Shown: in pieces, positions 1 to 13,952 of the stretch
Layout of the letters: each line of letters begins with the position of its first letter
How positions within the stretch are numbered: position 1 is the first letter of the stretch
The notes under the pieces: generated by a model
What the model was told of the DNA's origin: nothing
Seen by the model: the letters and a program-made list of their open reading frames with translations, nothing else
Database searches by the model: none
Assembly: GCA_009914755.4 (NCBI GenBank)
Contig: CP086569.2
Span: forward strand, 27,840,001 to 27,904,000
Source: the human T2T-CHM13v2.0 reference genome, Homo sapiens
DNA: 64,000 nucleotides
Direction: 5' to 3'
Program-made: the position numbers and the translations under genes

Positions 1-213
1 TGTCATCGAATGGAATTGAATCGATTGGAATGGAATCGCATAGAATGGAGAGGAATGAAATGGAATTGAATCGAATGGAAAGGAACCGAATGGACTGAAA
101 TGAAATGGAATGGAATTGAATGGAAAGTAATGCACTGCAATAGAATGGAACGAAATTTCACGGAATGGAATGAAACAGAATGGAATCAAATCAATGGAAT
201 ATAATGAAATGGA
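1..213 (+). repeat. Partial HOR unit (3' tail of the unit preceding the window)
   Basis: Bases 1-213 align with the last ~213 bp of every later unit (e.g. 2737-2947). Confidence 0.8.
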
Positions 214-683
214 ATGGAATGGAATGGAAAGGAATTGAATGGAATAGATTGGATTGGAAGGGATTGGAATGCAATGGAATGGAAAGGACTCGAATTTCAT
301 GAAACGGAATGGAATGAATTAGAATGGAATGGACTCGAATGGAATGGAATGTCATGGAATGGCATCAAATGGAATGGCATCAAATGGAAAGGAATCGAAT
401 GCAATGGAATGTTATGGAATGGAATGGAATGTATTGGAATGGAATGTCCTCTAATGGAATGGATTCGAGTGGAATGGAATCGAATATAATGGAGTCGAAT
501 GAAATGGAATTGAAAGGAATGGGATCGAATAGAATGGAATATACTGGAATGTAATGTAATGAAGTCGAATGTAATTGACTGGAATGGAATGTACATGAAT
601 GGAATGCCATCGAATGGAACAGAATCTAATGCAATAAAACCGACTCAAATGGAATAGAATGTAATGGAATGGAGTGCAGTGCA

Positions 684-712
684 ATGGAATGGAATGGAAT
701 GGAATGGAATGG
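684..712 (+). repeat. Pure (GGAAT)n microsatellite-like tract inside the HOR (about 6 copies in unit 0). The equivalent tract in other units has 4-11 copies.
   Basis: Uninterrupted 'aatggaatggaatggaatggaatggaatgg'. The homologous tract at 8881-8930 is (tggaa)10. Confidence 0.8.
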
Positions 713-1058
713 AGTGGAATGGAATGGGATGGAATGGGATGGAATGGTATGGAACGGATAATAATGGTCTGGAGTGAAATGGACTGGAAAGGAATGGACT
801 CAAATTGAAAGGGCTCGAAAGGAATGGGGTCAAATGTAATGGTCTGGAATGGAATGAACTCGAATGTAATGCAATCCAATAGAATGGAATCGAATGGAAT
901 GGAATATAAAGAAATGGAATCGAAGAGAATGGAAACAAATGGAATGGAATTGTATGGAATTGAATTGAATCGAATCGAATGTAATTGAACGGAAAAAATG
1001 CAACTGAATAGAATCGAAAACAATGGATTCGACTGGCATCTAATAGAATGAAATGGAA

Positions 1059-1425
1059 TGCGTTGAGGTGGAGTGGATTGTAATGGAGTTGAATGGAATG
1101 GGGTGTAATTGAATTGAATGGGGTGGAGTGGAGTGAACTGGAGTGGAATGGAATGGAATGGGCAGGCATGGAATTGAAAGGCGTGGAGTGGAGTGGAATT
1201 GAGAGGAGTGGAATGGAGTAGGGTGGATTGTAGTGGAGAGTATTGGAAAAGAGTGGAGTGGAACGGAATGGAATGGAGTGGAGTGGAATGGAATGGAATT
1301 GAGTGAAGTGGAGTGGAGTGGAATGGAGAGTAATAGAGTGGAGTGGACTTGATTGGAGTAGATAGCAGTGCATTGGACTGTACGGGATAGAAGTGGCTTG
1401 GAGTGCCATGGAGTGGAGTGGAATG
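1059..1425 (+). repeat. GGAGT-rich subdomain of the HOR (~370 bp dominated by ggagtggagtg / gtggagtggaatgg variants). Recurs once per unit at the same offset.
   Basis: 'gcgttgaggtggagtggattgtaatggagttgaatgg...ggcgtggagtggagtggaattgagaggagtgg...gtggagtggagtggaatggactgg'. Homologous blocks lie at about 3790-4160, 6510-6900, 9260-9660, and so on. Confidence 0.75.
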
Positions 1426-2947
1426 GACTGGAAAGGAATGGAATGGAATGGATTTAAATGGCAGGGAATCAAATCGAATTGAATCATATTGGAACAAGTT
1501 GAATTGACTGGAGGAAAGAAATCGAATGAAATCGAATGGAATGAATGGAAGAGAGTGCAATGTTATAGAATGGAATGGAGACAGATGGAATGGAATGGAA
1601 CAGAGAGCAATGGTATAGAATGCAATGGAATCATATGGAATGGAATTGAATGGAATGGAATAATATGAAATGGAATGGAATGGAATGGAATGCCCTTGCA
1701 TTAAATGGACTGGAATGGAATGGACTCGAACAGAGTGGAATGGAAAGCATTGAAATAGAATGGAATGGACTCCTTTGGAATGGTCTAGTATGGATGCAAT
1801 CGACTGGCAGGGAATCAAAAGGAATGTAATCGAATGGATTGGACTGGAATACAATGGACTCGAATAGATTGGAAACGGAATGCAATGGAATGGAATGGAA
1901 TAGTATGGAATGGAATGGAATGGAATGGAGTGGAATAGACTAGAGTGGAATGGAATGGACTCGAAAGCAATGGACTGGAATGGAACGGTCTTGAATGGAC
2001 TGGAATCAAACGGAATGGAATGGAATGCAATGCAATCAAATGGAATGGAATAAAATAGAATGAAAGAGAATCAAATGGAATTGAATCGAATGGAATCGAA
2101 TGGATTGGAAAGGAATAGAATGGAATGGAATGGAATTGACTCAAATGGAATGGACTAGAATGGAATGGAGTCGAATGGAAGGCAAAGGAATGGAATCTAT
2201 TGGAATGGACTGTAATGGAATGGAATGGAAGGGATTGGAATGGACTCGAATGGAATGGACTGCAATAGAAAGGATTCGAATGGAATGAAAAAGAATTTAA
2301 TGGAATAGAACAGAATGGAATCAAATCGAATGAAATGGAATGGAATAGAAAGGAATGGAATGAAATGGAATGGAAAGGATTCGAATGGAATGCAATCGAA
2401 TGGAATGGAATCGAACGGAATGGAATAAAATGGAGGCAAACTGGCTAGAAATGGAATCGAAATGAATGGAGTGTTATGGAACGGACTCCAAAGGAATTGA
2501 ATGTAATAGAATGGAGTGGAGTGGACTCGAATATAATGGACTGGAATGGAATGGAATCACATGGAATGGGAACGAATGGAATGGAATGGAAAGGAATGGA
2601 ATCGAATGGAAGGGAATGAAATTGAATCAACAGGAATTGAAGGGAATAGAATAGACTGTAATGGAATGGACTCGAATAGAAAGGACACGAATGCTCAAAT
2701 TGAATGGAATCGAATGGAATGGAAACGAAAGGAATGTCATCGAATGGAATTGAATCGATTGGAATGGAATCGCATAGAATGGAGAGGAATCAAATGGAAT
2801 TGAATCGAATGGAAAGGAACCGAATGGACTGAAATGAAATGGAATGGAATTGAATGCAAAGTAATGCAATGCAATAGAATGGAACGAAATTTCACGGAAT
2901 GGAATGAAACAGAATGGAATCAAATCAAAGGAATATAATGAAATGGA

Positions 2948-5680
2948 ATGGAATGGAATGGAAAGGAATTGAATGGAATAGTTTCGATTAGAAGGGATTG
3001 GAATGCAATGGAATGGAAAGGACTCGAATTTCATGAAACGGAATGGAATGAATTGGAATGGAATGGACTCGAATGGAATGGAATGTCATGGAATGGCATC
3101 AAATGGAATGGCATCAAATGGAATGGAATCGAATGCAATGGAATGTTATGGAATGGAATGGAATGTATTGGAATGGAATGTCCTCTAATGGAATGGATTC
3201 GAGTGGAATGGAATCGAATATAATGGAGTCGAATGAAATGGAATTGAAAGGAATGGGATCGAATAGAATGGAATATACTGGAATGTAATGTAATGAAGTC
3301 GAATGTAATTGACTAGAATGGAATGTACATGAATGGAATGCCATCGAATGGAACAGAATCTAATGCAATAAAACCGACTCAAATGGAATAGAATGTAATG
3401 GAATGGAGTGCAGTGCAATGGAATGGAATGGAATGGAATGGAATAGAGTGGAATGGAATGGGATGGAATGGGATGGAATGGTATGGAACGGATAATAATG
3501 GTCTGGAGTGAAATGGACTGGAAAGGAATGGACTCAAATTGAAAGGGCTCGAAAGGAATGGGGTCAAATGTAATGGTCTGGAATGGAATGAACTCGAATG
3601 TAATGCAATCCAATAGAATGGAATCGAATGGAATGGAATATAAAGAAATGGAATCGAAGAGAATGGAAACAATGGAATGGAATTGTATGGAATTGAATCG
3701 AATCGAATCGAATGTAATTGAACGGAAAAAATGCAACTGAATAGAATCGAAAACAATGGATTCGACTGGCATCTAATAGAATGAAATGGAATGCGTTGAG
3801 GTGGAGTGGATTGTAATGGAGTTGAATGGAATGGGGTGTAATTGAATTGAATGGGGTGGAGTGGAGTGAACTGGAGTGGAATGGAATGGAATGGGCAGGC
3901 ATGGAATTGAAAGGCGTGGAGTGGAGTGGAATTGAGAGGAGTGGAATGGAGTAGGGTGGATTGTAGTGGAGAGTATTGGAAAAGAGTGGAGTGGAACGGA
4001 ATGGAATGGAGTGGAGTGGAATGGAATGGAATTGAGTGAAGTGGAGTGGAGTGGAATGGAGAGTAATAGAGTGGAGTGGACTTGATTGGAGTAGATAGCA
4101 GTGCATTGGACTGTACGGGATAGAAGTGGCTTGGAGTGCCATGGAGTGGAGTGGAATGGACTGGAAAGGAATGGAATGGAATGGATTTAAATGGCAGGGA
4201 ATCAAATCGAATTGAATCATATTGGAACAAGTTGAATCGACTGGAGGAAAGAAATCGAATGAAATCGAATGGAATGAATGGAAGAGAGTGCAATGTTATA
4301 GAATGGAATGGAGACAGATGGAATGGAATGGAACAGAGAGCAATGGTATAGAATGCAATGGAATCATATGGAATGGAATTGAATGGAATGGAATAATATG
4401 AAATGGAATGGAATGGAATGGAATGCCCTTGCATTAAATGGACTGGAATGGAATGGACTCGAACAGAGTGGAATGGAAAGCATTGAAATAGAATGGAATG
4501 GACTCCTTTGGAATGGTCTAGTATGGATGCAATCGACTGGCAGGGAATCAAAAGGAATGTAATCGAATGGATTGGACTGGAATACAATGGACTCGAATAG
4601 ATTGGAAACGGAATGCAATGGAATGGAATGGAATAGTATGGAATGGAATGGAATGGAATGGAGTGGAATAGACTAGAGTGGAATGGAATGGACTCGAAAG
4701 CAATGGACTGGAATGGAACGGTCTTGAATGGACTGGAATCAAACGGAATGGAATGGAATGCAATGCAATCAAATGGAATGGAATAAAATAGAATGAAAGA
4801 GAATCAAATGGAATTGAATCGAATGGAATCGAATGGATTGGAAAGGAATAGAATGGAATGGAATGGAATTGACTCAAATGGAATGGACTAGAATGGAATG
4901 GAGTCGAATGGAAGGCAAAGGAATGGAATCTATTGGAATGGACTGTAATGGAATGGAATGGAAGAGATTGGAATGGACTCGAATGGAATGGACTGCAATA
5001 GAAAGGATTCGAATGGAATGAAAAAGAATTGAATGGAATAGAACAGAATGGAATCAAATCGAATGAAATGGAATGGAATAGAAAGGAATGGAATGAAATG
5101 GAATGGAAAGGATTCGAATGGAATGCAATCGAATGGAATGGAATCGAACGGAATGGAATAAAATGGAAGCAAACTGGCAAGAAATGGAATCGAAATGAAT
5201 GGAGTGTCATGGAACGGACTCAAAAGGAATTGAATGTAATAGAATGGAGTGGAGTGGACTCGAATATAATGGACTGGAATGGAATGGAATCACATGGAAT
5301 GGGAACGAATGGAATGGAATGGAAAGGAATGGAATCGAATGGAAGGGAATGAAATTGAATCAACAGGAATGGAAGGGAATAGAATAGACTGTAATGGAAT
5401 GGACTCGAATAGAAAGGACACGAATGCTCAAATTGAATGGACTCGAATGGAATGGAAACGAATGGAATGTCATCAAATGGAATTGAATCGATTGGAATGG
5501 AATCGCATAGAATGGAGAGGAATGAAATGGAATTGAATCGAATGGAAAGGAACCGAATGGACTGAAATGAAATGGAATGGAATTGAATGGAAAGTAATGC
5601 AATGCAATAGAATGGAACGAAATTTCACGGAATGGAATGAAACAGAATGGAATCAAATCAAAGGAATATAATGAAATGGA
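2948..5680 (+). repeat. HOR unit 1 (2733 bp, C-like variant with 'gtttcgattagaagg')
   Basis: Anchor at 2948, next at 5681. Carries the 'atagtttcgattagaagggattgg' variant instead of 'atagattggattggaagggattgg'. Confidence 0.7.
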
Positions 5681-8424
5681 ATGGAATGGAATGGAAAGGA
5701 ATTGAATGGAATAGATTGGATTGGAAGGGATTGGAATGCAATGGAATGGAAAGGACTCGAATTTCGTGAAACGGAATGGAATGAATTAGAATGGAATGGA
5801 CTCGAATGGAATGGAATGTCATGGAATGGCATCAAATGGAATGGCATCAAATGGAATGGAATCGAATGCAATGGAATGTTATGGAATGGAATGGAATGTA
5901 TTGGAATGGAATGTCCTCTAATGGAATGGATTCGAGTTTAATGGAATCGAATATAATGGAGTCGAATGAAATGGAATTGAAAGGAATGGGATCGAATAGA
6001 ATGGAATATACTGGAATGTAATGTAATGAAGTCGAATGTAATTGACTGGAATGGAATGTACATGAATGGAATGCCATCGAATGGAACAGAATCTAATGCA
6101 ATAAAACCGACTCAAATGGAATAGAATGTAATGGAATGGAGTGCAGTGCAATGGAATGGAATGGAATGGAATGGAATGGAGTGGAATGGAATGGGATGGA
6201 ATGGTATGGAACGGATAATAATGGTCTGGAGTGAAATGGACTGGAAAGGAATGGACTCAAATTGAAAGGGCTCGAAAGGAATGGGGTCAAATGTAATGGT
6301 CTGGAATGGAATGAACTCGAATGTAATGCAATCCAATAGAATGGAATCGAATGGAATGGAATATAAAGAAATGGAATCGAAGAGAATGGAAACAAATGGA
6401 ATGGAATTGTATGGAATTGAATCGAATCGAATCGAATGTAATTGAACGGAAAAAATGCAACTGAATAGAATCGAAAACAATGGATTCGACTGGCATCTAA
6501 TAGAATGAAATGGAATGCGTTGAGGTGGAGTGGATTGTAATGGAGTTGAATGGAATGGGGTGTAATTGAATTGAATGGGGTGGAGTGGAGTGAACTGGAG
6601 TGGAATGGAATGGAATGGGCAGGCATGGAATTGAAAGGCGTGGAGTGGAGTGGAATTGAGAGGAGTGGAATGGAGTAGGGTGGATTGTAGTGGAGAGTAT
6701 TGGAAAAGAGTGGAGTGGAACGGAATGGAATGGAGTGGAGTGGAATGGAATGGAATTGAGTGAAGTGGAGTGGAGTGGAAAGGAGAGTAATAGAGTGGAG
6801 TGGACTTGATTGGAGTAGATAGCAGTGCATTGGACTGTACAGGATAGAAGTGGCTTGGAGTGCCATGGAGTGGAGTGGAATGGAATGGAATGGAGTGGAA
6901 TGGACTGGAAAGGAATGGAATGGAATGGATTTAAATGGCAGGGAATCAAATCGAATTGAATCATATTGGAACAAGTTGAATCGACTGGAGGAAAGAAATC
7001 GAATGAAATCGAACGGAATGAATGGAAGAGAGTGCAATGTTATAGAATGGAATGGAGACAGATGGAATGGAATGGAACAGAGAGCAATGGTATAGAATGC
7101 AATGGAATCATATGGAATGGAATTGAATGGAATGGAATAATATGAAATGGAATGGAATGGAATGGAATGCCCTTGCATTAAATGGACTGGAATGGAATGG
7201 ACTCGAACAGAGTGGAATGGAAAGCATTGAAATAGAATGGAATGGACTCCTTTGGAATGGTCTAGTATGGATGCAATCGACTGGCAGGGAATCAAAAGGA
7301 ATGTAATCGAATGGATTGGACTGGAATACAATGGACTCGAACAGATTGGAAACGGAATGCAATGGAATGGAATGGAATAGTATGGAATGGAATGGAATGG
7401 AATGGAGTGGAATAGACTAGAGTGGAATGGAATGGACTCGAAAGCAATGGACTGGAATGGAACGGTCTTGAATGGACTGGAATCAAACGGAATGGAATGG
7501 AATGCAATGCAATCAAATGGAATGGAATAAAATAGAATGAAAGAGAATCAAATGGAATTGAATCGAATGGAATCGAATGGATTGGAAAGGAATAGAATGG
7601 AATGGAATGGAATTGACTCAAATGGAATGGACTAGAATGGAATGGAGTCGAATGGAAGGCAAAGGAATGGAATCTATTGGAATGGACTGTAATGGAATGG
7701 AATGGAAGGGATTGGAATGGACTCGAATGGAATGGACTGCAATAGAAAGGATTCGAATGGAATGAAAAAGAATTGAATGGAATAGAACAGAATGGAATCA
7801 AATCGAATGAAATGGAATGGAATAGAAAGGAATGGAATGAAATGGAATGGAAAGGATTCGAATGGAATGCAATCGAATGGAATGGAATCGAACGGAATGG
7901 AATAAAATGGAAGCAAACTGGCAAGAAATGGAATCGAAATGAATGGAGTGTCATCGAACGGACTCCAAAGGAATTGAATGTAATAGAATGGAGTGGAGTG
8001 GACTCGAATATAATGGACTGGAATGGAATGGAATCACATGGAATGGGAACGAATGGAATGGAATGGAAAGGAATGGAATCGAATGGAAGGGAATGAAATT
8101 GAATCAACAGGAATGGAAGGGAATAGAATAGACTGTAATGGAATGGACTCGAATAGAAAGGACACGAATGCTCAAACTGAATGGACTCGAATGGAATGGA
8201 AACGAAAGGAATGTCATCGAATGGAATTGAATCGATTGGAATGGAATCGCATAGAATGGAGAGGAATCAAATGGAATTGAATCGAATGGAAAGGAACCGA
8301 ATGGACTGAAATGAAATGGAATGGAATTGAATGCAAAGTAATGCAATGCAATAGAATGGAACGAAATTTCACGAAATGGAATGAAACAGAATGGAATCAA
8401 ATCAAAGGAATATAATGAAATGGA
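5681..8424 (+). repeat. HOR unit 2 (2744 bp, flank-type)
   Basis: Anchor at 5681, next at 8425. Confidence 0.7.
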
Positions 8425-11178
8425 ATGGAATGGAATGGAAAGGAATTGAATGGAATAGTTTCGATTAGAAGGGATTGGAATGCAATGGAATGGAAAGGAC
8501 TCGAATTTCATGAAACGGAATGGAATGAATTGGAATGGAATGGACTCGAATGGAATGGAATGTCATGGAATGGCATCAAATGGAATGGAATCGAATGCAA
8601 TGGAATGTTATGGAATGGAATGGAATGTATTGGAATGGAATGTCCTCTAATGGAATGGATTCGAGTGGAATGGAATCGAATACAATGGAGTCGAATGAAA
8701 TGGAATTGAAAGGAATGGGATCGAATAGAATGGAATATACTGGAATGTAATGTAATGAAGTCGAATGTAATTGACTGGAATGGAATGTACATGAATGGAA
8801 TGCAATCGAATGAAATAGAATCTAATGCAATAAAACCGACTCAAATGAAATAGAATGTAATGGAATGGAGTGCAGTGCAATGGAATGGAATGGAATGGAA
8901 TGGAATGGAATGGAATGGAATGGAATGGAATGGGATGGAATGGGGTGGAATGGTATGGAACGGATAATAATGGTCTGGAGTGAAATGGACTGGAAAGGAA
9001 TGGACTCAAATTGAAAGGGCTCGAAAGGAATGGGGTCAAATGTAATGGTCTGGAATGGAATGAACTCGAATGTAATGCAATCCAATAGAATGGAATCGAA
9101 TGGAATGGAATATAAAGAAATGGAATCGAAGAGAATGGAAACAAATGGAATGGAATTGTATGGAATTGAATTGAATCGAATCGAATGTAATTGAACGGAA
9201 AAAATGCAACTAAATAGAATCGAAAACAATGGATTCGACTGGCATCTAATAGAATGAAATGGAATGCGGTGAGGTGGAGTGGATTGTAATGGAATTGAAT
9301 GGAATGGGTTGTAATTGAATTGAATGGAGTGGAGTGGAGTGAACTGGAGTGGAATGGAATGGAATGGGCAGGTATGGAATTGAAAGGCGTGGAGTGGAGT
9401 GGAATTGAGAGGAGTGGAATGGAGTAGGGTGGATTGTAGTGGAGAGTATTGGAAAAGAGTGGAGTGGAACGGAATGGAATGGAGTGGAGTGGAATGGAAT
9501 GGAATTGAGTGAAGTGGAGTGGAGTGGAATGGAGAGTAATGGAGTGGAGTGGACTTGATTGGAGTAGATAGCAGTGCATTGGACTGTACGGGATAGAAGG
9601 GGCTTGGAGTGCCATGGAGTGGAGTGGAATGGAATGGAGTGGAGTGGAATGGATTGCAATGGACTGGAAAGGAATGCAATGGAATGGATTTAAATGGCAG
9701 GGAATCAAATCGAATTGAATCATATTGGAACAAGTTGAATTGACTGGAGGAAAGAAATCGAATGAAATCGAATGGAATGAATGGAAGAGAGTGCAATGTT
9801 ATAGAATGGAATGGAGACAGATGGAATGGAATGGAACAGAGAGCAATGGTATAGAATGCAATGGAATCATATGAAATGGAATTGAGTGGAATGGAATAAT
9901 ATGAAATGGAATGGAATGGAATGCCCTTGCATTAAATGGTCTGGAATGGAATGGACTCGAACAGAGTGGAATGGAAAGCATTGAAATAGAATGGAATGGA
10001 CTCCTTTGGAATGGTCTAGTATGGATGCAATCGACTGGCAGGGAATCAAAAGGAATGTAATCGAATAGATTGGACTGGAATACAATGGACTCGAATAGAT
10101 TGGAAACGGAATGCAATGGAATGGAATGGAATAGTATGGAATGGGATGGAATGAAATGGAGTGGAATAGACTAGAGTGGAATGGAATGGACTCGAAAGCA
10201 ATGGACTGGAATGGAACGGTCTTGAATGGACTGGAATCAAACGGAATGGAATGGAATGCAATGCAATCAAATGGAATGGAATAAAATAGAATGAAAGAGA
10301 ATGAAATGGAATTGAATCGAATGGAATCGAATGGATTGGAAAGGAATAGAATGGAATGGAATGGAATTGACTCAAATGGAATGGACTAGAATGGAATGGA
10401 GTCGAATGGAAGGCAAAGGAATGGAATCTATTGGAATGGACTGTAATGGAATGGAATGGAAGGGATTGGAATGGACTCGAATGGAATGAACTGCAATAGA
10501 AAGGATTCGAATGGAATGAAAAAGAATTGAATGGAAAAGAACAGAATGGAATCAAATCGAATGAAATGGAATGGAATAGAAAGGAATGGAATGAAATGGA
10601 ATGGAAAGGATTCGAATGGAATGCAATCGAATGGAATGGAATCGAACGGAATGGAATAAAATGGAGGCAAACTGGCAAGAAATGGAATCGAAATGAATGG
10701 AGTGTTATGGAACGGACTCCAAAGGAATTGAATGTAATAGAATGGAGTGGAGTGGACTCGAATATAATGGACTGGAATGGAATGGAATCACATGGAATGG
10801 GAACGAATGGAATGGAATGGAAAGGAATGGAATCGAATGGAAGGGAATGAAATTGAATCAACAGGAATGGAAGGGAATAGAATAGACTGTAATGGAATGG
10901 ACTCGAATAGAAAGGACACGAATGCTCAAATTGAATGGACTCGAATGGAATGGAAACGAATGGAATGTCATCGAATGGAATTGAATCGATTGGAATGGAA
11001 TCGCATAGAATGGAGAGGAATGAAATGGAATTGAATCGAATGGAAAGGAACCGAATGGACTGAAATGAAATGGAATGGAATTGAATGGAAAGTAATGCAA
11101 TGCAATAGAATGGAACGAAATTTCACGGAATGGAATGAAACAGAATGGAATCAAATCAATGGAATATAATGAAATGGA
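8425..11178 (+). repeat. HOR unit 3 (2754 bp, C variant: 'gtttcgattagaagg', and a single rather than double 'ggcatcaaatggaat' copy)
   Basis: Anchor at 8425, next at 11179. Has a 10-copy pure (TGGAA)n tract at 8881-8930. Confidence 0.7.
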
Positions 11179-13952
11179 ATGGAATGGAATGGAAAGGAAT
11201 TGAATGGAATAGATTGGATTGGAAGGGATTGGAATGCAATGGAATGGAAAGGAATCGAATTTCATGAAACGGAATGGAATGAATTGGAAAGGAATGGACT
11301 CGAATGGAATGGAATGTCATGGAATGGCATCAAATGGAATGGCATCAAATGGAATGGAATCGATTGCAATGGAATGTTATGGAATGGAATGGAATGTATT
11401 GGAATGGAATGTCCTCTAATGGAATGGATTCGAGTGGAATGGAATCGAATATAATGGAGTCGAATGAAATGGAATTGAAAGGAATGGGATCAAATAGAAT
11501 GGAATATACTGGAATGTAATGTAATGAAGTCGAATGTAATTGACTGGAATGGAATGTACATGAATGGAATGCCATCGAATGGAATAGAATCTAATGCAAT
11601 AAAACCGACTCAAATGGAATAGAATGTAATGGAATGGAGTGCAGTGCAATGGAATGGAATGCAATGGAATGGAATGGAATGGAATGGAATGGAATGGAAT
11701 GGGATGGAATGGGATGGAATGGTATGGAATGGATAATAATGGTCTGGAGTGAAATGGACTGGAAAGGAATGGACTCAAATTGAAAGGGCTCGAAAGGAAT
11801 GGGGTCAAATGTAATGGTCTGGAATGGAATGAACTCGAATGTAATGCAATCCAATAGAATGGAATCGAATGGAATGGAATATAAAGAAATGGAATCGTAC
11901 AGAATGGAAACAAATGGAATGGAATTGTATGGAATTGAATCGAATCGAATCGAATGTAATTGAACGGAAAAAATGCAACTGAATAGAATCGAAAACAATG
12001 GATTCGACTGGCATCTAATAGAATGAAATGGAATGCGGTGAGGTGGAGTGGATTGTAATGGAGTTGAATGGAATGGGGTGTAATTGAATTGAATGGAGTG
12101 GAGTGGAGTGAACTGGAGTGGAATGGAATGGAATGGGCAGGCATGGAATTGAAAGGCGTGGAGTGGAGTGGAATTGAGAGGAGTGGAATGCAGTAGGGTG
12201 GATTGTAGTGGAGAGTATTCGAAAAGAGTGGAGTGGAACGGAATGGAATGGAGTGGAGTGGAATGGAATGGAATTGAGTGAAGTGGAGTGGAGTGGAATG
12301 GAGAGTAATGGAGTGGAGTGGACTTGATTGGAGTAGATAGCAGTGCATTGGACTGTACGGGATAGAAGGGGCTTGGAGTTCCATGGAGTGGAGTGGAATG
12401 GAATGGAATGGAGTGGAATGGATTGGAATGGACTGGAAAGGAATGTAATGGAATGGATTTAAATGGCAGGGAATCAAATCGAATTGAATCATATTGGAAC
12501 AATTTGAATCGACTGGAGGAAAGAAATCGAATGAAATCGAATGGAATGAATGGAAGAGAGTGCAATGTTATAGAATGGAATGGAGACAGATGGAATGGAA
12601 TGGAACAGAGAGCAATGGTATAGAATGCAATGGAATCATATGAAATGGAATTGAGTGGAATGGAATAATATGAAATGGAATGGAATGGAATGGAATGCCC
12701 TTGCATTAAATGGACTGGAATGGAATGGACTCGAACAGAGTGGAATGGAAAGCATTGAAATAGAATGGAATGGACTCCTTTGGAATGGTCTAGTATGGAT
12801 GCCATCGACTGGCAGGGAATCAAAAGGAATGTAATCGAATAGATTGGACTGGAATACAATGGACTCGAATAGATTGGAAACGGAATGCAATGGAATGGAA
12901 TGGAATAGTATGGAATGGGATGGAATGAAATGGAGTGGAATAGACTAGAGTGGAATGGAATGGACTCGAAAGCAATGGACTGGAATGGAACGGTCTTGAA
13001 TGGACTGGAATCAAACGGAATGGAATGGAATGCAATGCAATCAAATGGAATGGAATAAAATAGAATGAAAGAGAATCAAATGGAATTGAATCGAATGGAA
13101 TCGAATGGATTGGAAAGGAATAGAATGGAATGGAATGGAATTGACTCAAATGGAATGGACTAGAATGGAATGGAGTCGAATGGAAGGCAAAGGAATGGAA
13201 TCTATTGGAATGGACTGTAACGGAATGGAATGGAAGGGATTGGAATGGACTCGAATGGAATGAACTGCAATAGAAAGGATTCGAATGGAATGAAAAAGAA
13301 TTGAATGGAATAGAAGAGAATGGAATCAAATCGAATGAAATGGAATGGAATAGAAAGGAATGGAATGAAATGGAATGGAAAGGATTCGAATGGAATGCAA
13401 TCGAATGGAATGGAATCGAACGGAATGGAATAAAATGGAGGCAAACTGGCAAGAAATGGAATCGAAATGAATGGAGTGTTATGGAACGGACTCCAAAGGA
13501 ATTGAATGTAATAGAATGGAGTGGAGTGGACTCGAATATAATGGACTGGAATGGAATGGAATCACATGGAATGGGAACGAATGGAATGGAATGGAAAGGA
13601 ATGGAATCGAATGGAAGGGAATGAAATTGAATCAACAGGAATGGAAGGGAATAGAATAGACTGTAATGGAATGGACTCGAATAGAAAGGACACGAATGCT
13701 CAAATTGAATGGACTCGAATGGAATGGAAACGAATGGAATGTCATCGAATGGAATTGAATCGATTGGAATGGAATCGCATAGAATGGAGAGGAATGAAAT
13801 GGAATTGAATCGAATGGAAAGGAACCGAATGGACTGAAATGAAATGGAATGGAATTGAATGGAAAGTAATGCAATGCAATAGAATGGAACGAAATTTCAC
13901 GGAATGGAATGAAACAGAATGGAATCAAATCAATGGAATATAATGAAATGGA
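11179..13952 (+). repeat. HOR unit 4 (2774 bp, A variant: 'ggaaaggaatcgaatttcatg', 'gaattggaaaggaatgg', 'aatcgattgcaatgg')
   Basis: Anchor at 11179, next at 13953. The same private variants are seen in units 8, 11 and 13. Confidence 0.7.

Larger units (their letters stand above)
214..2947 (+). repeat. HOR unit 0 (2734 bp, flank-type, short pure-pentamer tract). Unit phase is set arbitrarily at the recurring 'atggaatggaatggaaaggaattgaatgg' anchor.
   Basis: Anchor at 214. The next anchor copy is at 2948. Confidence 0.7.

Noticed and set aside
630-655. 'aataaaaccgactcaaatgg' as an HSat3 CAACCCGAGT-type diagnostic 10-mer
   Set aside because: It is only a degenerate match (about 6/8 core positions), occurring once per unit. 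It is supportive but not decisive, which is why the family call is 'HSat2/3 family, most like HSat3' rather than a firm subfamily assignment.
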